Source: Eledone cirrhosa
Taxonomy: Eukaryota
Length of the DNA stretch: 64,000 nt
Assembly (NCBI GenBank): GCA_964016885.1
Contig: OZ024743.1
Location: 188,170,001-188,234,000 of the forward strand
Direction of reading: 5' to 3'
The notes below the pieces were generated by a model, which was given only the letters and a program-made list of their open reading frames with translations, was not told the DNA's origin and did no database searches. Shown piece by piece: positions 1 to 11,744 of the stretch (positions within the stretch are counted from its first letter, which is position 1; every line of letters begins with the position of its first letter). A program made the translations under genes and the position numbers.

Positions 1-159
1 TGACTAGGTCACAAATTTTATAGCCCACCATGCATTCTGCATCACCTTGCAGAATCTGAAGAAGGATGGTCATAACTGGACTATGAATCCTGAGGTAGTG
101 CTTTCTTTTTCTTTGTATTGACATAAATAAATTATATGTATATATATAATCTAAATTAT

Positions 160-1048
160 ATGGTCAGAAATGCGCATGTGCCAAGGATGGTCCATACTGC
201 ACATGCGCGAATGTTGGTCCATATTGCCCATGCGCGATGGCTGGTCCGTACTGCACATGCGCGAAGTCTGGTCCGAAGAGCGGATGCGCGAAGTCTGGTA
301 CTAAGTACACATGCACGATGTCTGGTCCGAAGAGCGCATGCGCAAAGTTTCTTCCGAAGTGCGCATGCGCGAAGGCCGGTCCGAAGTACGCACGCGTGAA
401 GGCTGGTCCGAAATGCGCATATGTGATATCTGGTCGGAAGTGCACATGCTCGAAGGCTGGTCTGGAGTGCACATGCGCGAAGGCTGGTCCGTACTGCACA
501 TGTGCGAAGGCTTGTCCATACTGTGCATGCCCGAAGGCTGGTCTGTACTGCGCATGCGCGAGGTCTGGTCCTTACTGCGCATGCGTGAAGGTTGGTCTGT
601 ACTGTGCATGCGCAATGGCTGGTCCGAAATGCGCATGTGCGAAGGCAAGTCCGAAGTGCACATGCGCGATGTCTTGTCGGAAGTGCGCATGCGTGAAGGC
701 TCGTCTGCAGTGCGCATGTGCGAAGGCTGGTCTGTACTGCACATGCGCGAAGGTTGGTCATGTATTGTGCATGCACGATAGCTGGTCCGTACTGCGCATG
801 CGCAAAAATCTGGTCCGAAGTGCAGATGCGTGACGGCTGGTCCGAAGTTTGCACGCCTGAAGGTTGTTCCGTACTGCGCATGCGCAAAGGCTGGTTCGTA
901 CTGTGTATGCACGAGGGCTGGTTCGTGCTGCGCTTGCGCGAAGGCTGGTCCGTACTGCACATGCGTGAAGGTTGGTCTGAAGTGCGCATGTGCGAAGGCT
1001 GCCCCATACTGCGCATGCGCGAAGGCCTGTCCGTACTGCGCATATGCA
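160..1048. repeat. GC-rich minisatellite, ~33 x 27-bp units (consensus GAAGGCTGGTCCGTACTGCGCATGCGC)
   Basis: Unit read directly. Overlapping ORFs in all frames show 9-aa periodicity (MREGWSVLR / CACAKAGPY), which corresponds to 27 nt. Each unit carries a GCGCATGCGC palindrome or a variant. Confidence 0.95.
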
Positions 1049-1215
1049 AATATATATATATATGTAGACACACATACACACCGCACACAAATTGTCTTCC
1101 GAGGTGAGTGAAGCTCTTATTAATACTCCCCGGATGAAGTAATTTGCAAATTCTTCGTAATTCTTGAAATGCAATTATACATCTAACGTCACACTCTCTA
1201 GAATAGATATATTTG

Positions 1216-1710
1216 TGCCGTGGTGTGCCATGGTGTGGTGTGCCGTGGTGTGGTGTGGTGTTAGTGGTGTGGTGTGTGTGTCTGTGTGTGTGAAAGAGAT
1301 AGATAGACAGGTAGGTTGACAGGTAGATAGATAGGTCGATAGATCTATACGTAGATATATAGGTAGGTAGATAGAAAGATAGACGATAGTGTGGTTATCT
1401 GTATATGTGGCTGTGTGTATGTATGTGAAGATGTGGAAATAAGGAAAGGATAATTTACTACAGTACTAATGATTCAATCCACAGGTGTATATTCTTTTTA
1501 CCATTGCATAAATACATAGACTCACTCACACATATATATATATATGTAGTATGTTTATGTGTGTATCTGTGTGTGTGTGCATAAGTGTTTATGTGTATAT
1601 ATGTATATGTGTGTGTGTATCTGTTTTTTTATGTGTGTGTGTGCATATGTGTGTTACTGTATCTGTGTATGTGTGCATATGTGTGTGCGTTTATGTCCGT
1701 GTGTGTGTCT
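1216..1710. repeat. Compound microsatellites (GTGGT, GATA, GT/AT)
   Basis: Directly visible simple repeats. Confidence 0.9.
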
Positions 1711-1810
1711 CGTGATTGTAATGTTTAGAGTTCGAATCCCATCAGTGTGTTGTGTTCTTGAGCAAGACACTTTATTTCGCCTTTCTTCTCTCCACTGAAG
1801 TAAAAAAAAA
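1710..1810 (+). mobile_element. CORE-type tRNA SINE fragment
   Basis: B-box GTTCGAATCCC followed by TGTTCTTGAGCAAGACACTTTATTTC, which matches the CORE-like segment of the full SINE at 33346. Confidence 0.65.
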
Positions 1811-2000
1811 GTGTATACTGCCAGTATCAAAGAACCAATGTAGTCCCACCCTGAAACCCTTCGTCATACGTGTCTATGGAATGCTCAGATACTCACACAT
1901 TAATTTCAGGCAGTTCCATTTGCGAAACCTAGTTGGAAGAATCCTCTTCGCAAGCAATAGGGTACCATCATACATATGAACACATAGACACACACACACA

Positions 2001-2510
2001 GTGACTGCTGAATCAACTTGCTTCTTCACAAAGAGGGATGACACAGGTAAACTTATGCAGAAAGCTGACCTGCTAATCATTGATGAGATAGGTATGGGAC
2101 ATAAGCATATCTTTGAATGCCTTGACAGGAGCTTCAATGATGTTCGATATTGCAAAAAGCTATTTGGTAGTCTAACACTATTACTATCTGGTGACTAGAT
2201 CCAAACTCTTCTAGTTGTACGTCATGGTATTAGACCACAAATAGTTGAGGCAACCATCAAGAGATCCTATCTCTGGGACTATGTGGAAACCACGGAGACC
2301 AATCAATGGTTAATTAATGCAGAGGATTCTGATCAAAGACAGTTTGCAAACTACCTTCTTGATGTGGGAAATGGTAACATTCCAACTGTTCCAACTGTAG
2401 GTGCATTCACAATTCTTCTGCCAAATGAACTTTGTCTGGAATATGGTAATGTGTCTGGACTGTGTGATTTTGTGTATACAAATCTTCTAGGAAACTACAC
2501 AAACACATTT
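2001..2510 (+). pseudogene. Helitron PIF1-family helicase fragment (stop and frameshift)
   Basis: ADLLIIDEIGMGHKHIFECLDRSFNDV..KLFG..LLLSGD*IQTL (motifs II/III), followed by FANYLLDVGNG, typical of Helitron helicases. Confidence 0.85.
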
Positions 2511-2527
2511 ATTTATGTTATTATTAT

Positions 2528-2694
2528 TTGGTTGGTGTTAGGAAGGGCATCCAGCCGTAGAAAACCTGCCAGATAGCCCTATATGAGCGAGACACAGTCA
2601 CCCGACCAACCTTGCCTCAAGTGGGACAACTCCCATCTAACCCATGCTAACGTGTAAGATGCACGTTAAATGGAGATGATGATGATGATGATGA

Positions 2695-2698
<4 letters not shown>
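2528..2698 (+). mobile_element. RTE 3'-tail fragment with (ATG)n tail
   Basis: GTTGGTGTTAGGAAGGGCATCCAGCCGTAGAAA...AACCCATGCTA...(GAT)n, the same as the ends of the RTE copies at 27.0 and 47.0 kb. Confidence 0.85.
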
Positions 2699-2724
<26 letters not shown>

Positions 2725-2730
<6 letters not shown>

Positions 2731-3336
2731 TAAAATAACAGATTAAAGTTTAAGCAAAGAATCGCTGCTTTCACCTTTAACGGGATCTTCTGAAACCAAA
2801 AAATTCAATCTGTGAACGCAGAAGTAAATATTTGTAAAAAAAAACGCTGCAACCGAAGGAAGACAGGAAGATGATACTTTGGTTCGTGGAAACGTTCCCT
2901 GGCAAAGAAAGGAAAAAAACGAAGATAATACGTCATAAATAGGAGCACTGGAAGCAATTACACGCAAAGACAAAACCACGTTTATGGTATAAATGAAGTC
3001 GTAGACTAATATTCTATTAGATGGTTGGTGAAGACGTTCTCTGGCAATGAACGGAAAAAGCGAATATAATACGTCATAGTGGATCAATGAGAACAATTAC
3101 GCGCAAAGACAAAACCACGTTTATGGTATAACTGAAGTTGTAGACTAAAATTCTATTTAGGAAACCGAATGGTACTCGGCTTCAGAGTTAAGAAGAATGT
3201 AAATAAATTACAGTGGTAATTGAAATCAACAAAAATTAAAAATATACATGCATGCATCCATATACGTACATACATATGCATACGCGAAATCCTTATCGAG
3301 CCCTCTTTGGATTTTAGTCTTCAATTTTATTATTAT

Positions 3337-3340
<4 letters not shown>
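2725..3340. mobile_element. Probable non-autonomous element between (TA)n tracts, with an internal ~140-bp tandem duplication
   Basis: ACGTTC.CTGGCAA...GCAAAGACAAAACCACGTTTATGGTATAA...GTAGACTAA occurs twice (~2890-3020 and ~3034-3160). Superfamily not determined. Confidence 0.5.
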
Positions 3341-3399
<59 letters not shown>

Positions 3400-4400
3400 T
3401 ATATACATATATATACATATATATACATATATATTTATATATATATATTACACACACTGTAAACAACAGAGGCCACATGTTGTCCCTCTCCGACAAAAAA
3501 CTTTTTCCCCTCGGAAAACACCCAGTTGATGGATACAAAATCAGAAATTTAGGGACAATTAAATCACTTCCAATGTAACTCTATCTCGTTTTATTTTTAC
3601 ACTTTTCCTACATTATTCTACACCCTCTACGTCTCATTTTACACTTCCTCTTACATCTCTCTCTCTCATTACCACCTGATTCTGTTACCCGGAGATTTAT
3701 CCATCTGCATTGTTGGGGCTTCCAAAACGACCAATTTGTTCATCATAGCTTGTTGAATTATTATAATAATAAAGGCTGAGAGGTGATATTCAGTATTCCG
3801 TTTATTAATAATTTTGACATGTCTTGCACTATAAATGCATGCTCCTGTAACAGTCTTAATCAGTGATTATAAATGCCCAAAGAATTACTGTTCATTGCAG
3901 TGGAAGGTGCAATAATTACAGCTCTTCAGAGAGAAATGTTGTTTGGTTTTGTTATTGAATTGACATAACAAGGTGGTAGCTGGGATGTGGTATAAGCGGA
4001 AGTTGACCAAGACTGTAATTAAATCAGTGCAGCATCTTCTACTTCTATATATATGGGTGTGTGTTGTCTGCGTAATGCCAAGTCAGACCATTATACAAGA
4101 AAAGTATTTTCAATAATGTAATCTTAAACACAAGCATTTTCTTTCAAATAACTCCCAGTACATTTCTTGAAGTAGAGCCTTGAAAATTAAAGAATAGTTT
4201 TTATTATATAAATCATTAAAGAAATGTCAATTGTAGCCAGTATTACAATTGGAAGATTGTAAGTCATGCGTGTGTTCACAAAGCACATAGTTACATGTAG
4301 CAACATGCAAATAAATCATAGATACATTTACATAAACACAACTCAAAACATACACATATAACAAATACTAAAAGAAGGCACAAATACACACTTACACACC

Positions 4401-4454
<54 letters not shown>

Positions 4455-4611
4455 TAATGCATAGGCATATTTACAAAGCATAAACACACATGAAACTCTA
4501 AACATGGTAAACAGACAAACACACCATCATCATCACTGTTTAATGTCTATTTTCTATGCTTGCATGGGTCAGATTAGTTGTCACATTTTGAAGTCAGATG
4601 ACAAAATCATG

Positions 4612-4980
4612 CATCATCATCATCATCATCATCATCATTTAACGTCCATTTTCCATACGAAGATGGTTAGGTTGGTGAGGATGGGCTGTCCCTTTGTGAG
4701 GGATCAGGTTGAAAGACTGTGTTTCGCTCACACAGAACTGATTTTGGCTTGGTTTCTATGACTGCATGCCCTTCCTAAGGCCAACCACATTTACAGTGTG
4801 TGTTGGGTGCTTTTTGTCATGAGATCTACATGACCACTTTACAGTGTAGGCTGGGCGTTTTTTGTTGTATCAGCTACATGACCACTTTACAGTGTGTGCT
4901 GGGTGCTTTTTGTTGTGACACTTACATGATCACTTTACAGTGTGGGCTGGGCACTTTTTGTCATGTCACTAACACGACCT
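4612..4980 (-). mobile_element. RTE-tail/SINE copy with ~45-bp tandem subunits
   Basis: (CAT)n tail, reverse complement of the GGAAGGGCAT motif, and four copies of CCACTTTACAGTGT..GCTGGG..CTTTTTG. Confidence 0.75.
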
Positions 4981-6771
4981 CTTTATGTACATATTATTGA
5001 CCTTATGAAGGAACAAAGGAAATTGAGAGGTGGAATTGGGTGAGATATATTATTTTTTCTTTATCATTAGCATTGATATTAAAAAAATATATATCTTTTC
5101 GAGAAAGGCTTCAAATTTCATATAGCTTAGGGCTTCAACAGGTGAATGTCCAGCCCTGTATTCAAGTGACTAGAACTAACAGTCAAACGTTTCGCAACTT
5201 ATACACAGACACTACAACCATTAAAAAAACACCAAGAAGGCAAAATGGGAAATGTTGAAATCTATATAGAGTCATAGTCTTGACAAAAAAATATTTTTTT
5301 AATGAATTTATTTTGTTTGTTTATTTGTTTGATTCAAAATTATGATGTATAAGTTTGACATTTTAAAAATATGTTTGGAATATTAATTTCCTGTGAATAC
5401 TATTGCTTTTTTTGTAATATTTTAAATTAAAATTCCTCTAAAAAAGCATCTTTTTTATCAATTACATATTTTGCATACATTTTAAAAGGTGATTTAATAT
5501 ATACCAATGTTAGGTTCAAATTTTAATTTTAAGATATTAGAATGTTTTTGCATAATTTAGAAAATCCTTAAATAAGTGGGGTTTTTTTTTTACATAAGTA
5601 ATTTTATTATCACATAAAAATATATACGATTAAATAGAAGTACAACGAACTTGATATCATCGTTAATGGCTTGTCTTACGGAGGTGTCAGGTGATACCCA
5701 TGAGGGTGTTTGGTTTTTTTCAGTGTCTTAGAGTCACCATCACATGCAGTAATGCTGCAAGCATGTTGGCTTGCCTCAAAAATTTATGATGACCCTTTTG
5801 ATGTGTGAGCGATTGATACACTGACAGTTGAATTGATGGTTTCTGTTTTTTCCTTTGTTTTTTTTTTCATTTTGATTATATATTTCTGTGTATTATATTT
5901 ATAAGGTTCCTAACGATAATTAATTTATTATAGTGAATAAACTTCTGCTTAATCTTATATATTTGTTATATGAAATGTTTCATGAGGAAAATCAGTCAAA
6001 ACGATCATAGATAATTAGATTTCCTGTCCTTTGACCCAAAACACATACAGATGAAAAATAAGGGTTAATGCTGTGGGAAGAAATAAATAAAGGTCCTTGC
6101 AGCCCAGAGAGGGAAGAAAAATATCATCTAGCTACTACAATGACATATATTGAAAGGAACATTTCCAGCCACCAGTGTCAATGAACAAAAACTGGAGATA
6201 ACCAACAGTGTTAGAGAATGCCACTAGTGTGGAGAGTCAAAGTGGGGAGATGTAAATAAAATGGGATATTTGAAAGGTTAGTTATTGTTATACTATTTGT
6301 CATCTGTGTGTGTCTAATGACAAGGAAGCTGACGACATTCTTTCATCTGATGATATTTGTTGTACCCTCAAGTATAAAGAAAGCCTTTTCTTTCAATTAT
6401 ATTCTATCTTTATTGTGTGTGATTTACTCATGGGTATTTAAATATTAACTGCTTCATTCTTTACTGAATGTAACATTGCATATTTTGTGTTTTGTCTTGG
6501 CTTCCATTTCAATTTTACATTTACTAAAGCTACGCAGTCATTTTCTCTCTGAACTTTTGACTTTATATGTATAAATATATATATATACTTCGTGTTTGAA
6601 TTTGTTCTGCAAGATTTATTATCTGTAAACGTGTGTTGCAACAGGTATTGTTATACTTTGGGAGGGTCATGCTGCCAATAAAAACACATGCACCTGTTGG
6701 TTTTCACTTCAATTTATTATAAATTTCTGGTTGGTTGGTTGGTTCCATAACCAGATGGCTGTTTATATATT

Positions 6772-6814
6772 GTCAAAGCTTTTTCGTCACGCAATCTGTG
6801 ACCTCCTCAGTGAC
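6772..6814 (-). ncRNA. Degenerate minimal hammerhead ribozyme (Penelope-type)
   Basis: The minus strand reads GTCA-CTGAGGA-G-GTCAC-agattgc-GTGAC-GAAA-aagctt-TGAC. Core, stem I and stem II are present; stem III is degenerate. Confidence 0.5.
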
Positions 6815-7068
6815 TGGGGTTTTATTTTGTGTCTCTTCTTTGTTCTGTCCTACACCATCTTGGCAGCATGATGCTCCCAACGTATAACAATATATATATA
6901 GATATATTCATATGCATGTCATTTTATTCTCTTTTGCTTCCTATCACTTCCATATATATATTTAATATATATATATATATATTTAATATATATATATATA
7001 TTTAATATATATATATATATATTTATATATAAGAAGGCGTAGGATGATCAGTAACAGGAGACATAAAA

Positions 7069-7163
7069 ATGTTGTCACTGGAACCTATGAAGAATCAAAT
7101 TCCCTATCTTCTAGATACCATCTAGGTGCTCTGACCATTGAGCTAAGGTACTTCTGACAACAT
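7069..7163 (-). other. tRNA-like relic closed by a 9-bp inverted repeat
   Basis: Minus strand has A-box TAGCTCAATGG, a CTAGA/TCTAG stem around TGGTA and a degenerate B-box. Flanks are ATGTTGTCA/TGACAACAT. Confidence 0.5.
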
Positions 7164-7299
7164 CTTACCATCTAAGTTAAGAACTGAATCAAACACCCTT
7201 TGAAAAGGTTTATAAACATCGTGTGTGAAGCTCTGATTTCCGAATTTACAAAGCACTAAGGATATATACTTGTAAGATGTAGGTCACTGATTTAACAGG

Positions 7300-7800
7300 T
7301 CCTTTCCTTATGAGAAGATTAGAAAGTATAATTCCTTTCTTGAATGAAGGCTTCTAGCATGCTGATGCTCCTATACAATTAATTGAAATAATAGTAACTT
7401 AGAGAGAATTAAGAAATGAATATATAGCTTTAAAAAGTATATAACATAACTATAACTATTGATGTTAATACTAAAATTATACATTTTCTAAATGTAACAT
7501 TTTAACCTTAATATGGGATTGCATAAGCCTTTTCATCAACCTGGTGTACAATGTTTCTCTGTTAGTAAACTCTCTAATAAGCCTAAGTCTACTATTAAAT
7601 CTGTTACCAATAATGTATCTAATAGAATATCTAAACTATCTTCTAAAGGTGTGATATTTGACCAAAATGCACAATACTATAATGAAGCATTGTATTGATC
7701 TGGATATCGTCATAAAATCCAATTTAACCCTAGTAATAATAATAGGAATAATTCCTCCAATATTATCACTCGCTATAAATTCACTAAAACAATGATCACG
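7300..7800 (+). pseudogene. Penelope-like RT relic
   Basis: HKPFHQP..SNKPKSTIKSV..VSNRISKLSS..IFDQNAQYYNEAL resembles the PLE RT C-terminal region. Confidence 0.6.
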
Positions 7801-7970
7801 CCATGAAAACAATTGAATGAATTTCAAATTATTTATATAGCATAAGGAGCAGCAACAGCAGAAGCAGCAGCAGCAGCAAAAAACAACAACAACAACAATA
7901 ACAACAACAACGACAACGACGACGACAACAACAATAACAACAATAAAAACAACAACAACAACAACAACAA

Positions 7971-9122
7971 GAGGGATACAAATATTTAGGTGTTCTGGAG
8001 GCAGATGACATCAAGAACAATAAAATGAAGGAATTGATAAGATCAGAATACATGAGGAGAGTAAGGAACATACTAGAATCACGTCTAAATAGTAGGAATG
8101 TTATAAGTGCAGTAAATTCCCGAGCCTGTCTATTATTAAGTACAGTGCAAGAATTCTCAAATGGAATGTTACTGAACAAAAAGAAATGGATAGAAAGACT
8201 AGGAAGCTAATGACTACCTACACTATGTTACACAAGAGGAGTGATGTTGATAGACTATTTAAAGAGATCTGAAAGTGGAGGAGGTCTTATCAGTGTAGAG
8301 GACTGTGTTCAGATGGAAAAAGGCAGTCTGCAAATATGTTTCTGAAAGTAGGGAGCCAATGTTAAAAATTGTACTGAAGGAGAAGACAAGAGACCAGGAG
8401 ATGTCCAAAAAGGAAGTAACAACAAAGAGGAAGAGCAACCTTCATAAAAAATCCCTTCATAGCACCTTTTTTGAGAAAATGAAATTCAGAGATCCACAGA
8501 CATAGAGCTGTTTAAAAAGAGGAAACCTTAAAAAGGCTACAGAAGGATTGCTACTGGCTGCACAAGAGCAAGTCCTCAGAACGAATTGGGTGAAACACCG
8601 TATTAACAAGGAGGAGGCTAGCTCACTGTGTAGGATCTGTGGAGAGAGAGAGGGAACTGTGGCTCAAATCATATCCGAATGTAAACACCTAGCCCAGACT
8701 CCCTATAAAGGTTGGAGGTATGATATAATAGGAAAAGTGATTCACTGGAATTTGTACAAATTAAATAATTTACCACATACTGAGAAGTGGTATGAACATA
8801 AGACAGAGTCTGTGATAGAAAACGATCAAGTGAAGGTGCTATGGGATTTCAGGATACAGACAGACAATAAACTAGAACACAATTGGCCTGACCTGGTGGT
8901 TTGTGAGAAGGAAAAATGATCGCGCCTGATTGTAGATGTAGCCTGCCCATTTTACACATGTATGCAAGAAAAAGTGAAGGAGAAAATTAACATATACCAG
9001 GATTGAAATTGGGAGTTAAAAAAGGATTTGGGACTGTCACAAGATCAAGGTTGTCCCGATTGTCATAGTAGCACTAGGTACTATCTCAAAGATTTCAAGG
9101 ATGGTTAAAGAACATTAATCCA
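7971..9122 (+). mobile_element. R4/Dong non-LTR retrotransposon, truncated (RT C-terminus, zinc knuckle, RLE endonuclease)
   Basis: GYKYLGVLEAD..EYMRRVR, AAQEQ..CRICG..ET/GTV..I.SEC and VLWDFRIQTD..PDLVV. Flanked by (CAA)n and (TAA)n. Confidence 0.9.
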
Positions 9123-9156
9123 TAATAATAATAATAACAACATCAACAACAACATC

Positions 9157-9191
<35 letters not shown>

Positions 9192-9284
9192 CACCAAAAT
9201 AATTATTGTTGTTGTATCTCTAAACTCTCACAAAATGTTTAGTTTAAACGATGTCAAATCTAAACTATAATATAATAATAATAA

Positions 9285-9566
9285 TTGTTTCTATTTTTAG
9301 GCACAAGGCCAGAAAATACCCAGTACATTACTGGTACTTTATTTTATCGACCCCCGTAAGGATGAAAGGCAAAGTTAATAATAATAATAATTGTTTCTAC
9401 TTTTGGCACAAGGCCAGCAATTACCCAGTACATTACTGGTACTTTATTTTATAAGGATGAAAGACAAAGTTAACCTCGGCGGAATTTGAACTCAGATCAT
9501 AAAGGGACGTAACTATATGCTTCAAAACATGGTGTCCGACTCTCTACCGATACTGCCAATCCACCG
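9285..9566 (-). mobile_element. TAA-tailed tRNA SINE (one full copy plus one partial 3' copy)
   Basis: Minus strand has TGGCAGTATCGG A-box, GAGTTCAAATTCC B-box, CTTTCATCCTT..AAAATAAAGTACCAG and GGCCTTGTGCC..AGAAACAA(TTA)n. Confidence 0.9.
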
Positions 9567-9583
9567 TTAATAATAATAATAAT

Positions 9584-11440
9584 GATTTCATTTATTAGCC
9601 ACCAGGGCCGACATGTAGGGGACAATAAAAAGACAGGGACAGTGGGGGTTTACAATAAGGTCGAGTAAAAGTGCACAATGGCAAGACTAATTTAACAATG
9701 AAAATATAAAAATATAAAATAAACTATGCATAAATATAACAAACTAAATTCCCCGATAGGGGGTGTACGACCCTGGGGTGCTTCAGGTACCCCACCAATC
9801 CTGAACCACCCTGCGCTTCTAGGGCACCCAGGGAGAGCACCCCTCTCCTCAAGTTAGCCAGCCTATAGGCGCATGGTCAGAGTAGGCCCATTCACACGAG
9901 CCATTCTCGCCACATTCACCCACCTTTTAGCAAATGTACTAGGGGGTAGCACTTCTCTCTCCACCCTCACCTTCCTTTCCAGGTGAAACTTGAAGAAGTT
10001 GATGAGGGATTGGCCGCAGAGAAAAGTGTCTGTCTTTAGTCCTTTCAACCTGGTCCACCATATAATCTCATTCGCAACTGCCACCAGACAGAGGAACATT
10101 TCCTGCTCTTCCTGACCTAAGGAAGGCGGTGGATCGATCTTCACTATGGACTCGGCCGATAGCCGGATTCGTTCCACACGTGACAGTAGCTGTTCGACAT
10201 AACTCCACAAGTCAGTAATGAACGGACATTAGACAAGTGCGTGCAGAACGGTTTCGTCGTTCTGTGCGCATCTTGGGCAGGTCCGTCTGACAGCACTTCC
10301 GTGCCTGTAGAGTTTATCCCGAACCGGAAGTGCCCCCCGGTAGCACTGCCAAGCGAGGGATTTCTGGAAATTGTCCATCGTCCTCGGCTCAAAAGTCCTC
10401 CGGTACAGACTGGTCAGTTCGACTTCATCGAGGCCCAAAGCTTCTCCGAGAGTCATCGCACTTGCCCACCATTAATCCTCTATAGAACTCGAGAGTGCAA
10501 GTTCCACTGATCGCATTGCCCTCTTGGTAGAGGGCAGTGAGTGCCTGGCAACATTCCAGGTGCCAGTCACCCAGTCTCGGTCTCTTCTTGACCCAGGACT
10601 GCAGCTCAGTCAAAGAAATGAGCTGCGGAAAGGCGCGTCTGATAAACGGCGACCACACCTGTTCACCGTTGAGGCAGAATATCTGGAGATGTCGCAGCCT
10701 CAACGCATGTCTGCGCATCATTAGCCACGGCATGCCCAGCCCTCCGCGTAGAGGGTGCTGGCAGCAGATGGACCGCCTCACCAACGGAACTTGTCCCCTC
10801 CACAAGAATTTGAAGAGGAGCCGTTCCAGCTTGACGAGGCGCGGATGGGGGCAAGGCACGACGATCAGGCGGTAGTAGATGACGGACGCGATGTACGCAT
10901 TCGCCACCTCCGCGCGACCTTTCAGTGATAGCTTCTTCCCAGCCCATTTTTGGGTGAGACTGGCTACTCTGCTCGTTACCTCGTCCCAATTCTTTTCCAC
11001 CTGGAGGTCTGGTCCGAACCAAACCCCGAGCAACTTTACCGGTCCGTACGTCCAGCGCCACACGACGCTGTTGGACGGCATGGGCTTGCCTCTCCAGGTT
11101 CCGAGCTGCAAGCCCACCGACTTTTCCGGGTTAAGTTTGGCTCCTGTCAACCTTTCATATTCCTTCAATAAAGTGCCGACCACCTCGATTTCTGAGGTGT
11201 TCGACACCATGACGGTGATGTCGTCCGCATAAGCCGACACAGCCTTTCCACGTCCCGGTTCGAGCGGGATGCCCTGCAACAGCTCTAGCTTCCGCAGTAA
11301 AGGCTCGAGAGTCAATACGTACAGAAGGGAAGAGAGAGGGCATCCTTGACGGACCGATCGGGAGAGCCGAAATGGTTCCGAGAGGTGGCCATTAACCTTG
11401 ACCACCGAGCATGTGTCGCTGTGCATTGCAACGATCCAGC
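9584..11440 (-). mobile_element. Tx1-clade (L1-like) non-LTR retrotransposon, 5'-truncated
   Basis: SVRQGCPLS..YADDITV RT, KLSLKGRA, GGLG and a C-terminal CPRC..ETVLH knuckle. Frameshifts near 10440 and 10230. The 3' end with AATAAA abuts (TAA)n. Confidence 0.92.
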
Positions 11441-11744
11441 TTCTAAAAACATAATAATGATAAGCAACAAGTCGAAAAATTATAGAACAGAACACAGACA
11501 AAACAAATGCAGCAACAAAAACAAATTTCAAAAGTTTTGAACGCAACAACCCCTACTTCCCTCGTAGCTAAAATCAAAAACAGCAGCAGCAACAACACTA
11601 GTAACCGATGTTACTGACCTTAAAAAAGGAAAAAACCTAAAGGAAAAAAACAAACAAAAAAATTAAGTGAGACATTCAAACATTACAATGAAACTTGTTT
11701 ATTATTTAAAGTTTTTATATATTTATTTGTTTATTTATTTATGT

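Noticed and set aside
53-94. Apparent 42-nt exon (NLKKDGHNWTMNPE) between CAG and GT
   Set aside because: GAAGGATGGTCATAACTGGA resembles the old dispersed repeat seen at ~29490 and ~63175, and the donor is weak.
160-1048. CRISPR-like periodic array
   Set aside because: Units are head-to-tail with no unique spacers, the context is eukaryotic, and there are no cas genes.
136-1174. Many overlapping Cys/His/Arg-rich ORFs (up to 310 aa)
   Set aside because: Artefact of a 27-bp stop-poor minisatellite that is open in all six frames.
3220-3538. YI/IY-repeat ORFs (also poly-M, poly-I and CV ORFs at 1559, 15281, 20511, 49286, 54641, 56603)
   Set aside because: Translations of microsatellites.
6061-6068. 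AGGGTTAA piggyBac-like end (also at 54111)
   Set aside because: No matching left terminus was found, so no element could be delimited.
7075-7155. Functional tRNA-Thr gene
   Set aside because: B-box and acceptor stem are degenerate; kept only as a tRNA-like relic.
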